Source: a phage
Reading direction: 5' to 3' (one strand)
Assembly (NCBI GenBank): GCA_011816565.1
Contig: GCA_011816565.1_3614.1
Length of the DNA: 64,000 bases
A model generated the notes under the pieces. It saw nothing but the letters and a program-made list of their open reading frames with translations, had not been told where the DNA came from and did not search any database. The translations under genes were made by a program, and so were the position numbers. Position 1 is the stretch's first letter. Each line of letters starts with the position of its first letter. Positions 54,688 through 63,172 of the stretch are shown one piece after another.

Positions 54688-55041
54688 ATGATCAGCGGGG
54701 CAAGTTTTATTATTGGCGCTATTGCTACGGCTTTAATTGTAAACAAGATCCAATCTAAAAACGAAAAAGAGAGCAACGCGCTCACAGAATACCCATTTTG
54801 GGTATTCAACGACAATGAAGACTACATTATCAAGTACAAGAATGAGAAGGGCGACCAGGTAACACCGCGACCGATCCCAGCTTACAAGATGCAAGAAACA
54901 CTATACCGCCTAAAGGCTGGAGGCGCAAAAATCGTAGACTTTTGGGGATATGATTGCAAGGATCAGGAGGTTATAAAGCGCCGTATCCGGGCTATTCAGG
55001 CCAATATTGAAGTTAGCAAGGGGGGAATATATGAAGATTAA
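54688..55041 (+). CDS. predicted membrane-anchored protein
   Basis: Start at ATG after AAAGGAGAAAG (track ORF from 54625); N-terminal TM segment (ISGASFIIGAIATALIV). Confidence 0.45.
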   Translation: MISGASFIIGAIATALIVNKIQSKNEKESNALTEYPFWVFNDNEDYIIKYKNEKGDQVTPRPIPAYKMQETLYRLKAGGAKIVDFWGYDCKDQEVIKRRIRAIQANIEVSKGGIYED

Positions 55042-55228
55042 TTTTGAGAAGATTGTAAAGCGATCTCATGATTCCAAAGAGCTGCCGGAACGACGCCAGC
55101 GCAACAATAAACTGAATAAGCCAAAAAGATTTGGGAAGATCTGGCGGAATCATTATGATCGTAAATTGCCGGGCCTACTTTTGGAACGTGAACGACAGGC
55201 GGAACGATACCGCCACAAAGGCAAATAA
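55031..55228 (+). CDS. hypothetical small basic protein
   Basis: Start at ATG after AAGGGGGG (track ORF from 55007); Lys/Arg-rich. Confidence 0.4.
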   Translation: MKINFEKIVKRSHDSKELPERRQRNNKLNKPKRFGKIWRNHYDRKLPGLLLERERQAERYRHKGK

Positions 55229-55236
55229 CAACCAAC

Positions 55237-55264
55237 GCCCCGCCATTGTGCGGGGCTTTTTTAT
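55237..55264 (+). terminator. rho-independent terminator
   Basis: GCCCCGC-CATTGT-GCGGGGC hairpin followed by TTTTTTAT. Confidence 0.6.
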
Positions 55265-55410
55265 TTCTATCCTACGAATATCGCCCCTGGTTGGCCCTGT
55301 AAACGCCATAAAAGCCCCTACCTATGCAATCCCCTTTCTTAACCTGAAAACAGCGTCTAGGGCCGTTTTATGGCGTTAAAAATGTTATTGACAGTGATTT
55401 TATTTAAAGC

Positions 55411-55439
55411 TTGACACCTTGGAATAGTCCGGATATACT
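55411..55439 (+). promoter_or_regulatory. sigma70-like promoter (TTGACA-N17-TATACT)
   Basis: Second of two TTGACA hexamers upstream of 55475. Confidence 0.45.
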
Positions 55440-55474
55440 GACCACATCAAAGCAAGAAGGAAGGAGTAAACGCC

Positions 55475-55735
55475 ATGCGTAAATTGAAAAATTTTGATAA
55501 GGTAGATGTAGTACTGAATAATTTTTACTACTGCAATAATAAAGCCGTTTGGTGGCGTGATAGTTCCACCGATAAAGTTAAGGCGCGCTTTCTCCAAGGG
55601 CACTGGCAAAGCCGTCCAGTGATTAAAATCTTGGGGCAATTGGTAGCGTTTAAAAATTGCCGCCGTGTTGACGACGTTGAAGAGATCTTGAACATTTTGC
55701 GCCACAATAATTTAAAAAATAGTGTTGACAAGTAA
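55475..55735 (+). CDS. hypothetical small protein
   Basis: 86 aa with RBS (GGAAGGAG). Confidence 0.45.
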   Translation: MRKLKNFDKVDVVLNNFYYCNNKAVWWRDSSTDKVKARFLQGHWQSRPVIKILGQLVAFKNCRRVDDVEEILNILRHNNLKNSVDK

Positions 55736-55752
55736 ATCTCAATAAGTATAAT
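55725..55752 (+). promoter_or_regulatory. sigma70 consensus promoter (TTGACA-N16-TATAAT)
   Basis: Followed by leader hairpin GGCGGGAAAACTTCCCGCC (55764-55781) and RBS of 55810. Confidence 0.55.
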
Positions 55753-55809
55753 TAAAAACACAGGCGGGAAAACTTCCCGCCACTAACAAAGAAAACAGGA
55801 GAAAATATC

Positions 55810-56433
55810 ATGACCACCGTTAACATTACCACAGGTTGCAATTTATCTTTCGACGTGCTGACCGACGAACAAAAAGAAAAAGCTATTGAAATGGTCCGCG
55901 AAAGAGAAGAACACAGCGGAGAGGATTTTTTCGCAGAAAGTGTAATTGAATATTATAAAGAGCAAGTTTTTCCAGAGTACGGCCTTGAAGATACCGATGT
56001 ACATTGGTCCGGCTTTTGGTGCCAGGGTGACGGCGCGTCAATCAGTGCTGAAAACGTGGATTTAGAAAAATTCTTGCGTAAAGTAAAGGCCCTGACCAAG
56101 TTCCGATCAATTCGTCACTTGTTTGGCACAATGCATGATGGCGAGTTATCAGCCAGTATTGAACGCGACAAGTACAGCCATTACAGCCATGAAAACACTG
56201 TAAGCGGATACATTGATACCACCTGGCTAGATCTGACCGCCAAACAAGAAAACAAAGTGGAAGACCTGGAAGAGCTGATCACCGAGACGGTACGGGAGCT
56301 ATCCCGCAAGGTTTACGTAGACCTGGAGGAGGCCTATCTAGAACAGTTCACTACCGAAAACCTGATCGGCCTTATTGAGGCCAATGATTGGCGGTTTGAT
56401 GTGGATGAATATGGAGAGATGAGTTTTTCATAA
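55810..56433 (+). CDS. hypothetical acidic protein
   Basis: 207 aa; promoter, leader hairpin and RBS (AGGAGAAAA) upstream. Confidence 0.55.
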   Translation: MTTVNITTGCNLSFDVLTDEQKEKAIEMVREREEHSGEDFFAESVIEYYKEQVFPEYGLEDTDVHWSGFWCQGDGASISAENVDLEKFLRKVKALTKFRSIRHLFGTMHDGELSASIERDKYSHYSHENTVSGYIDTTWLDLTAKQENKVEDLEELITETVRELSRKVYVDLEEAYLEQFTTENLIGLIEANDWRFDVDEYGEMSFS

Positions 56434-56522
56434 ATAAAGTGTTGCAATAATCTAAAAACTTGCTATATTAAAACTCAAGGGGGCAAGACGTTTGCCCCAC
56501 ACAAAACAAAGAGGAAAACATT

Positions 56523-56903
56523 ATGAAAAACACTACTAAAGCTATTGACACCGTTATGTTTAACCTGGTTACCTTTCGCGAGGATATGAAAGATCTTCCA
56601 CGTGAAACAGTGTGCGATCACATTGAAAACTATCGCAAACTAATCAAAGAGTTGCCTTTAAAACGTGACCAGTATGCGGCTAACGCTATGCTCAACGCCA
56701 TGATCAAAAAGATGATTCAGTGTGATTTAACCCTGGCCTATGATTATGCAGGTGGTCGTTTTGCAGTATACAATCAGCCCGTGCCTGGTATGGGCACCAC
56801 CAAAGAATTGCACGCGCTCAATCTAAAACAAGACGTGTGGGATAGTATGCCCCGCGTGGTGGTGTGGGCAGAAAGCGGAAAGATTTACGGCGATAATTTT
56901 TAA
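56523..56903 (+). CDS. hypothetical protein
   Basis: 126 aa; TTGCAA-N17-TATATT promoter-like sequence and leader hairpin GGGGCAA-GACG-TTGCCCC upstream. Confidence 0.5.
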   Translation: MKNTTKAIDTVMFNLVTFREDMKDLPRETVCDHIENYRKLIKELPLKRDQYAANAMLNAMIKKMIQCDLTLAYDYAGGRFAVYNQPVPGMGTTKELHALNLKQDVWDSMPRVVVWAESGKIYGDNF

Positions 56904-56967
56904 TCAGGTAACAGGCGGCATATTTGCCGCCTTATTGTTAAACAGAACTGCAAAAGAGGTACATAGA

Positions 56968-57339
56968 ATGGAATTTATTATTTTGGCCGTATTAGTTTCC
57001 TTGTTTAACGCCTGGATCGCTGGCAAGATGGGTAGATCCGCCTTTTTATGGTTTATTATATCTATTTTCCTGGGGGTGGTTGCAACTATTGTACTTGTTA
57101 TCCTTGCAATTGTTGACAAAGGCGATAATAGAAAGGGTAAAGTATTTTCCGACCTGTATGACGCGCAAACATTTGTCAACGCCTATTATAGTGATCTTCC
57201 AGTCTCCCTACGCTGCAGCCTTGCACAACAGGTTTTCGATGAAGCTAAAACCAGAGATCACGCCCATGAGATTTGTTTAACTGAGGCGGATCGCCTATTT
57301 GAGAGGAATAGAAAATATGTGGGCCAGCCGTTTAAATAA
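56968..57339 (+). CDS. predicted membrane protein
   Basis: Start at ATG after AAAGAGG (track ORF from 56935); two hydrophobic helices (FIILAVLVSLFNAWIAG; LWFIISIFLGVVATIVLVILAIV). Confidence 0.45.
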   Translation: MEFIILAVLVSLFNAWIAGKMGRSAFLWFIISIFLGVVATIVLVILAIVDKGDNRKGKVFSDLYDAQTFVNAYYSDLPVSLRCSLAQQVFDEAKTRDHAHEICLTEADRLFERNRKYVGQPFK

Positions 57340-57562
57340 TACCACGTTAATTAATCCCTTTGATGAAGATTTGAAGCCAGCCGCCTGGCGTGATGGATTC
57401 AATAACGAACGCTTTATTTTCAGGCCTGATCTTAAGGAATTTTATAACAATGGATCGAACAACGACAGAGATAATTTTTCTTGTGATGTGCGTGGTGATG
57501 GTACTCCTGGGGGCCATTGTAAACCACGTCACTACTACCAGGATGAAAGGGGGAGACGATGA
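57317..57562 (+). CDS. hypothetical small protein
   Basis: Start at internal ATG after GAGAGGAATAG (track ORF from 57299). Confidence 0.35.
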   Translation: MWASRLNNTTLINPFDEDLKPAAWRDGFNNERFIFRPDLKEFYNNGSNNDRDNFSCDVRGDGTPGGHCKPRHYYQDERGRR

Positions 57563-57678
57563 CAACCAAGGATAAGCCCCGCACCGATAAGGTGCGCCGG
57601 GTTATGGTATGGCTTGAGATCATCGCCTTTGAAATATTGTTAGGCGTAGGGATGTATTTTATCGCTGTAAGTAACTGA
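57559..57678 (+). CDS. hypothetical small membrane peptide (39 aa; not in ORF track)
   Basis: ATG overlaps upstream stop (ATGA); hydrophobic C-terminal half; followed by terminator. Confidence 0.25.
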   Translation: MTTKDKPRTDKVRRVMVWLEIIAFEILLGVGMYFIAVSN

Positions 57679-57682
57679 TAAC

Positions 57683-57713
57683 GGCCCCCGATCCCTGGGG
57701 GCCTAACTTTTTC
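57683..57713 (+). terminator. rho-independent terminator
   Basis: GGCCCCC-GATCCCT-GGGGGCC hairpin followed by TAACTTTTT. Confidence 0.55.
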
Positions 57714-57818
57714 AAAAAATTTTTCTTCCGGGGTGTTGCAATCCGGTCCGAAATATGGATAATAATAATCAACGGGGAGCTAATCCCCACCAACACAAAA
57801 ACAGAAAGGAGAAACAAA

Positions 57819-58019
57819 ATGAGCAACAATATCCGCGTTATTAACTTCAAAAAAGAAGAAAAAATTGCCGTGCTGATTGACGGTCAAGAAATCTTCAAGG
57901 GCTATTATGAAGATCATCAAACTGCGATTAGTATCACTCGCGTGATCGGTTACCATAATTTCTACCCCCAAGGCGCTGAGGCAGCAGTTAAACGAATCAA
58001 AGAGATTGTAGGCCTGTAA
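57819..58019 (+). CDS. hypothetical small protein
   Basis: 66 aa; TTGCAA...ATATGGATAATAA promoter-like sequence and RBS (AAAGGAGAAAC) upstream. Confidence 0.45.
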   Translation: MSNNIRVINFKKEEKIAVLIDGQEIFKGYYEDHQTAISITRVIGYHNFYPQGAEAAVKRIKEIVGL

Positions 58020-58068
58020 ATTTATTTTTAGATGGCCTTGACGCCAGGGCCATCAGTAAAGTAAATTT
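58019..58068. repeat. 48-bp intergenic hairpin repeat, copy 3
   Basis: TTTATTTTTAGATGGCCTTGACGCCAGGGCCATCAGTAAAGTAAATT directly after the stop at 58019. Confidence 0.55.
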
Positions 58069-58111
58069 TAATCGTGGTAAAATAACACGCAGTTAACAAG
58101 GAGTGATAAAC

Positions 58112-58411
58112 ATGTTTATCCTGGCTAATAATCTTTATTTCTTTGATGGTCAGATCGTAGACGGTGTGGAAGTGGAGATCACTGGGTGCCCTGGTGGTCA
58201 GGCTATGACTTTTCGGAATAATGCCTTTGATGATTCTCATATCGTTATGAGAATGGAAGTTACAAAGCTGGACGACAAGAAAACGCTCATTGACTATTCC
58301 GTGAAAGATCATCCAGACTACCACATGATCTATGGTGATTTGTGCATTGTTGACCGTGACAAGGTGGGCGGCATTGTGATCGCTATTGTGAACGATGTTT
58401 TCTCTGTATAG
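58112..58411 (+). CDS. hypothetical protein
   Basis: Start at ATG (track ORF begins at an upstream GTG, 58103) after AAGGAG. Confidence 0.45.
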   Translation: MFILANNLYFFDGQIVDGVEVEITGCPGGQAMTFRNNAFDDSHIVMRMEVTKLDDKKTLIDYSVKDHPDYHMIYGDLCIVDRDKVGGIVIAIVNDVFSV

Positions 58412-58471
58412 TTCCGGCAAATGATGCAAAATAAGGCCCCTAGCAGGGCCTGCAGCGATATAATCACATAA

Positions 58472-58503
58472 AGGCTATGCGGTTGCATGGCCTTTATTAT
58501 TTT
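58472..58503 (+). terminator. rho-independent terminator
   Basis: AAGGCTATGC-GGTT-GCATGGCCTT hairpin followed by TATTATTTT. Confidence 0.5.
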
Positions 58504-58636
58504 GGCGTTACAGCGGCCTCCAAGGCACTTAAAAATTTTTTAAAGAAGTACTTGCATCAAGCCCTACAATATGGATAATAAGAGTTGTCGAGGGGGGTTA
58601 TGCCTCCAATCATTAACAGAAACAGGAGTTAAAACC

Positions 58637-58921
58637 ATGGCTATTGTTACCGCTGGCGATGTAGTAAAAATGGAAGCGAAGTATTTAAAAGCTGGTATGC
58701 ATATCATCCGCAATGATCTTGAACTGGTCCTCACTATGGTTGATTATAACCCTGGTCAAGATTATCCAAGCATCGACTACTTTTTTGAGTATGTTGATGA
58801 AGAGTTGAAAGAGGATGAGGCCTATTGCGGTGAGTTCTGCAACTTCTTTTGTCCTGATGAGGTTGTAAAGGTTATCTATCAACCTGGCGTACCTTTCCCG
58901 CTACACGCTATCAATAAATAA
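58637..58921 (+). CDS. hypothetical protein
   Basis: Start at ATG after ACAGGAGTTAAAACC (track ORF from 58571); conserved leader as in neighbouring genes. Confidence 0.45.
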   Translation: MAIVTAGDVVKMEAKYLKAGMHIIRNDLELVLTMVDYNPGQDYPSIDYFFEYVDEELKEDEAYCGEFCNFFCPDEVVKVIYQPGVPFPLHAINK

Positions 58922-58976
58922 ACCGGGCGGGGCCGAAAAGGCCCCCAATTATGAAAATAAAGAGAGGCAAATCATC

Positions 58977-59210
58977 ATGATGGAACAAATTAAACGCGCC
59001 GAGGCTATTAATGGCAACGTGATCTATTTTGTCAGCAAAAACGAAAAAGGCGTACCATATGCGGCAGTAATAGTACAACCTGACGGCGATTATTGGTTTA
59101 CTGTGTACGGCGCTTATTCTTTTGGGCGTCCAGTGCATGATAAAATTTTGAAAGTAGCGAACCCTACCGGGAAGAATATCACAGCAGAAAAATTTTTTGA
59201 AAATAGTTGA
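58977..59210 (+). CDS. hypothetical small protein
   Basis: 77 aa with RBS (AAGAGAGG). Confidence 0.45.
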   Translation: MMEQIKRAEAINGNVIYFVSKNEKGVPYAAVIVQPDGDYWFTVYGAYSFGRPVHDKILKVANPTGKNITAEKFFENS

Positions 59211-59234
59211 CATGACCATATAAGACTGTAATAT
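59207..59234 (+). promoter_or_regulatory. sigma70-like promoter (TTGACA-N16-TAATAT)
   Basis: Overlaps the 3' end of 58977-59210; upstream of the 59286 small ORF. Confidence 0.45.
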
Positions 59235-59285
59235 ATAAATCAAAGGGGGCAACGAACCCCACCAACTACAAAGAGGATAAAAATC

Positions 59286-59465
59286 ATGGCTATTATTGCA
59301 AAGACTGAGATCGTAGGCTTAGATTCTATTCTCCTCGCATATGAGGAAGCTATAGAAATGTATGTGGTTTCCTATGGTGAGTATATCCGTGAATATAAAT
59401 CTATTGATCTGGCTTTTGAATGTTATATCCGCCAGGTTAATAAAGCGTACGATGATTATCGTTAA
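59286..59465 (+). CDS. hypothetical small protein (59 aa; not in ORF track)
   Basis: ATG after AAAGAGGATAAAAATC, same leader style as neighbours. Confidence 0.35.
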   Translation: MAIIAKTEIVGLDSILLAYEEAIEMYVVSYGEYIREYKSIDLAFECYIRQVNKAYDDYR

Positions 59466-59552
59466 AATAGTTTGACAACAGCCATCTTACAAAGCATAAT
59501 ACATAAGGCGGTGGAATGGTCCGCCACCTGGAACAAAGAAGAGGTAAACACC

Positions 59553-59798
59553 ATGAAAAGCAATAAAGGTTATAACGGTTACAAAAACAAAACTCATTGG
59601 AATGTAAGCCTTTGGATTAATAACGATGAGTCATTGTACCGGTTGGCCCAAGACTTTATTAACGCCAATGCTAATCGTAATGATGCGGCGCGGGATATGA
59701 TGCTTTTTCTGGAGCTAACCGGACAAGATAAGACCCCGGACGGCTTCAAGTACAGCACTACGGCGATCCGTGCCGCGATGGTTGGAATGAAACACTAA
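59553..59798 (+). CDS. hypothetical small protein
   Basis: Start at ATG after AAGAAGAGG (track ORF from 59472 begins at the TTG of a TTGACA promoter hexamer). Confidence 0.45.
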   Translation: MKSNKGYNGYKNKTHWNVSLWINNDESLYRLAQDFINANANRNDAARDMMLFLELTGQDKTPDGFKYSTTAIRAAMVGMKH

Positions 59799-59875
59799 AA
59801 GCACATAGCCGCCTTACCCTGGGGCTGTGGTAGCGGCCCCATGAATAAGGTTACTAACAGAAGAGAATAAACACC

Positions 59876-59980
59876 ATGAAACAGAAATTAATCGATGCAG
59901 TGATCTTGGTTATTGTCCTGGGTATCGGCCTGATTGCAACCATGGCTAATGTGATCTTGTCTTCCAACGGTATCGGGTGA
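59876..59980 (+). CDS. hypothetical hydrophobic peptide (34 aa; not in ORF track)
   Basis: ATG after AGAAGAGAATAAACACC; mostly hydrophobic (AVILVIVLGIGLIATMANVILS). Confidence 0.25.
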   Translation: MKQKLIDAVILVIVLGIGLIATMANVILSSNGIG

Positions 59981-59989
59981 GGTTGGCAA

Positions 59990-60205
59990 ATGATCACTAA
60001 CAAAACAGGCAAAACAGAATTTTTACGCAACTTACAGATCGGCAAGCCTGAGATCTGGCATTGCACTAAAACACCACGGGACGAAATGAAAGACTTCACC
60101 GCCACGCTACAACGGGTAAAGATATCTATCACGCAGAAAAAGGCCTTACTAGTGGTGGAAGGGGAGATCCCCCAAACCGTTGTTATAGTTGAGCGTACAG
60201 CATAG
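59990..60205 (+). CDS. hypothetical small protein
   Basis: 71 aa with RBS (GAGG); preferred over the antisense ORF 59854-60246. Confidence 0.4.
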   Translation: MITNKTGKTEFLRNLQIGKPEIWHCTKTPRDEMKDFTATLQRVKISITQKKALLVVEGEIPQTVVIVERTA

Positions 60206-60296
60206 TTTAATTTATACCGATACCCGAAAATTAACCGACAAAGCATAAACAGGCGGTTACCGCCGCCTTAAACGTAGCAGAAAGAGGATGGACACA

Positions 60297-60581
60297 ATGA
60301 AAAAGATGATCGCAGTGGTTGCCCTGGTTGTTGGACTTAATGCGCCTGTAATGGCTAAAGAGCTGGCAAAAGAGGTTAATCTAACGGATATTCATGCCGT
60401 CAATCAAATCGGGGTTACTTATCGCTTATGCCTTGCCGCTAAAACTTTTAAGGACGGCACAACAGAGTACTACGGATTCGAGGGTATCCGGTGCGGTGAG
60501 CTTGCTCGCGACCTTAAGGAAGATCCAGACCTGGAGGATCTGCCCATAACCGTGAACGGGAAAACTTACGTGAACCGTTAA
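60297..60581 (+). CDS. small secreted protein (signal peptide)
   Basis: Start at ATG after GAAAGAGG (track ORF from 60288); N-terminal signal peptide (MKKMIAVVALVVGLNAPVMA). Confidence 0.45.
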   Translation: MKKMIAVVALVVGLNAPVMAKELAKEVNLTDIHAVNQIGVTYRLCLAAKTFKDGTTEYYGFEGIRCGELARDLKEDPDLEDLPITVNGKTYVNR

Positions 60582-60583
60582 CC

Positions 60584-60718
60584 ATGAGAAAGATAATTAT
60601 CACCTTGGGGATTGTGGTGGCAATATTGGCGCTCTTTCCCCTTATGGTTAGATATGTACTGATCGGTATTGTCCTGGCAGTCAGTGATCTATTGGAAACG
60701 GTTGGCACCTTGTTTTAA
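60584..60718 (+). CDS. hypothetical membrane peptide (44 aa; not in ORF track)
   Basis: ATG 3 nt after upstream stop; predicted single/double TM (IIITLGIVVAILALFPL...LIGIVLAV). Confidence 0.25.
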   Translation: MRKIIITLGIVVAILALFPLMVRYVLIGIVLAVSDLLETVGTLF

Positions 60719-60730
60719 AGAGCGGTAAAA

Positions 60731-60922
60731 ATGAATATCGAACAAGTCAGAAAGGTATTGGCGGTACTGCGTTATCATAATCATAGAAAGGTCATAGACG
60801 ATCCTGATTATGTCGATTCAAGCCTGGAAGGGGATACACTACAAGCCATAAGCAACATGCAAGAATTGCTAAAGCGCATGACAGAGAAAAACCGACCGGA
60901 CTACATAGGCGAAAAAATATAA
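60731..60922 (+). CDS. hypothetical small protein
   Basis: 63 aa; followed by terminator. Confidence 0.4.
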   Translation: MNIEQVRKVLAVLRYHNHRKVIDDPDYVDSSLEGDTLQAISNMQELLKRMTEKNRPDYIGEKI

Positions 60923-60936
60923 TATTTATAAACTAC

Positions 60937-60968
60937 AAAACAGGGCTTGCAATGGTCCTGTTTTTTGT
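60937..60968 (+). terminator. rho-independent terminator
   Basis: AAAACAGGGC-TTGCAATG-GTCCTGTTTT hairpin followed by a T-run. Confidence 0.5.
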
Positions 60969-60982
60969 TATACTTGTTTCAC

Positions 60983-61025
60983 GGCAGGCACCTGGCGACG
61001 GGGGGAGACAATCACCGGGCCTGCC
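60983..61025. repeat. GC-rich element, inverted copy
   Basis: GGCAGGCACCTGGCGACGGGGGGAGACAATCACCGGGCCTGCC; its reverse complement joins the 5' part of the 51860 unit and the 3' part of the 52001 unit. Confidence 0.5.
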
Positions 61026-61050
61026 TGTCATATAAGAACTATAAAAACCG

Positions 61051-61079
61051 TTGACATCTGCCATGGGGTGGGGTAACAT
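61051..61079 (+). promoter_or_regulatory. sigma70-like promoter (TTGACA-N17-TAACAT)
   Basis: Upstream of 61134. Confidence 0.4.
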
Positions 61080-61133
61080 TTATCTTGAAGGGGCAAAAGT
61101 ACCCACACAACAACCAGAAGAGAGGAAAACACT

Positions 61134-61406
61134 GTGTCAAGCTGGATTAATCAAGAAGTAGAATCACGTTTTAATGCTATCTGGGATCTCATCGAAAAAG
61201 AGGACGGAACATCAAGCCCCTACCTCAACAATTTGGAATTCCATTTTGTGGAAGCGATGAACGCAGAACATGATCACGAAGGTGGCGCGGATGATTTCGC
61301 TAAAGGTTATGGCTTTAACAATGCCAACGAAATGATCGAGGCGGTCGTACTCCAGGCTGAGGAAGATTATCAATTAAAAACGCTTGAATTCTGCCGCCAT
61401 AAGTAA
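61134..61406 (+). CDS. hypothetical acidic protein
   Basis: GTG start after AGAGAGGAAAACAC; 90 aa. Confidence 0.45.
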   Translation: MSSWINQEVESRFNAIWDLIEKEDGTSSPYLNNLEFHFVEAMNAEHDHEGGADDFAKGYGFNNANEMIEAVVLQAEEDYQLKTLEFCRHK

Positions 61407-61466
61407 TAAGATAATGACACGGGCCAAAAGGCCCACTAATCAGAACCGCATAAAGAGGTAAACATC

Positions 61467-61730
61467 ATGAAACGTCTTGATCAGCTCAAACTAGTTCAGT
61501 ACATGGCCTACAAAGTTCTTGAAGTCCAAAAAGGTAGCAAAAAAGAGGTTTGCGAGAAAGCATATAAGATCTTTACCCGTAAAAAAGATGATTGGATGTT
61601 ACGCCAGACCAAAAAAGCCGATATCCTGGGGTACCTGGAAGAAGAGATCCGACTTGAAGAGCAAGAAGAGATCCGCCGCAGTGAAGCAGATTATCAGGCA
61701 GCTTGGGAAAACTGGATGAATAACAAATAA
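61467..61730 (+). CDS. hypothetical protein
   Basis: 87 aa with RBS (AAAGAGG); preferred over the overlapping frame 61519-61719. Confidence 0.45.
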   Translation: MKRLDQLKLVQYMAYKVLEVQKGSKKEVCEKAYKIFTRKKDDWMLRQTKKADILGYLEEEIRLEEQEEIRRSEADYQAAWENWMNNK

Positions 61731-61797
61731 TACAACAAGTTACATGGTCAGGGGGTAATAAAGCCCCTTGATCACATAAAAATTATGCTATCCCTGG

Positions 61798-61826
61798 TTG
61801 ACAGGGATCGGCAGTTTTGCTATATT
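61798..61826 (+). promoter_or_regulatory. sigma70-like promoter (TTGACA-N17-TATATT) with palindrome over -35
   Basis: CCCTG-GTTGAC-AGGG palindrome spans the -35 hexamer. Confidence 0.5.
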
Positions 61827-61875
61827 CTTTTTTGAAGGGAAGTTGTAAGAAAATTAACTAAGAGGTAAAAACACC

Positions 61876-62295
61876 ATGAACATCAAATCTAATAATCCGG
61901 CATATAGCTTTGATAACGCTTTTTGTCACGGTCCGGCGGCGAAAGGATTCGAAATCGATGGTAAACTAATTATTGTCAATGTTGACGGGGAAGAGGTTGC
62001 AGTATATCCGGTGGCAGACGTAAAAAGCCGTTTACAATGCCGCATTGATGTTACCGCCTATCAGCTTGATCCGGTCCGCATAGTTGCCCTGGTCCTGGAA
62101 GAAGAAATTAAAGCCATGCACCATAGCAACAGGTTTATTGGTGACGCTCAGGACAATATGAAGGTGTGCCGCCATAAAGTTAATGAAGTGCTTAAAGAAT
62201 ACGGCTTTAAAGATCTGATGATCAAACGTGAGGAAAAATTCCGCTACCGTAACGACCTGGCAAATCGGATTTTTGAAATATACGAATCATTATAA
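61876..62295 (+). CDS. hypothetical protein
   Basis: 139 aa with RBS (AAGAGG); last gene of the small-gene array; followed by terminator. Confidence 0.5.
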   Translation: MNIKSNNPAYSFDNAFCHGPAAKGFEIDGKLIIVNVDGEEVAVYPVADVKSRLQCRIDVTAYQLDPVRIVALVLEEEIKAMHHSNRFIGDAQDNMKVCRHKVNEVLKEYGFKDLMIKREEKFRYRNDLANRIFEIYESL

Positions 62296-62313
62296 TTTTT
62301 AACTGAATTATCA

Positions 62314-62338
62314 AGGGGCCTTAGCCCCTTTCTTTTTG
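62314..62338 (+). terminator. rho-independent terminator
   Basis: AGGGGC-CTTA-GCCCCT hairpin followed by TTCTTTTTG. Confidence 0.6.
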
Positions 62339-62947
62339 TCTGCTCTTCCCCCTACCATAAACGGCCCTACCTGACAAGTGGAATAATTGACGAGCCATCA
62401 ATCCCGCACACTGTACAAATATACATGTAAAATAGTTATTGCATAACCTTTCATTGTGTGGTAGCAGGGCTATTTTTACCCGTTTTCCCTTCCAAAATTG
62501 CACGTAATGCCGCTATTGCACAAATTTTAACCTGATGCAGATCTTCAATATCTTGTCAACAAGTAAAAATTCTTATAAGTCATACACTTACACAAACTAA
62601 AAAGCGTGTTCTACGCGAAAAATCGAGTATAACTATAGCCGCCAGATCTCAGAATTCACGTACGCACGCCATTCTATAGCCTGCAAAGTATTTATTCCAA
62701 CCACAGAATAACGGAATAGCCAATACCTGCATAAAATAATTATTCGTGTAAACTGCATAACATAAATCAGCTCAGGTGTCAACATTTTTCGTAAACAGTC
62801 CGAAATTATCACGATGAGTTATCATAAACAGAGAAATCTTTAGTCGTCTAATGTTTACTGTACATTACTATACTGACTGGAATCATTAGATGACTAAGAG
62901 AAAGATAAGAAATAATTAATAATGTGATTATTTTACCTGTAACAATA

Positions 62948-63172
62948 AGGCAACTATGCAAACGAATGGCATGGCGCGACGGAGTCGCGACATAATATAA
63001 AAGCAGTAACCATCACCCCCGTGATAGTTTGTCTGCAAACTATTAATCAGATCATAGTTGCCTTGTATTTAGTTAATCATGACATAACAAGCAAGGCAAC
63101 TATAGATCTGCTAATAGTTGCCCTGCTTTTATATTATGTCATAGGAACGCCCGAAGGGGTGACCTAGTCACC
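62948..63172. repeat. palindrome/inverted-repeat cluster in AT-rich non-coding region
   Basis: ATAGTTTG-TCTG-CAAACTAT palindrome (63024-63043); AAGGCAACTAT/ATAGTTGCC in both orientations (62948, 63054, 63093, 63112); inverted pair CGCGACATAATATAAAAGCAG (62986) / CTGCTTTTATATTATGTC (63123); GGTGACCTAGTCACC palindrome (63158); ATGCAAACGAATGGCATGGC direct repeat (62956, 63230). Confidence 0.55.

Noticed and set aside
59854-60246. 130-aa minus-strand ORF
   Set aside because: The plus strand here holds two short genes with the RBS/leader pattern typical of the array; the antisense ORF has no such signals.
62321-62503. 60-aa minus-strand ORF
   Set aside because: Overlaps the terminator hairpin of the upstream array and has no RBS.
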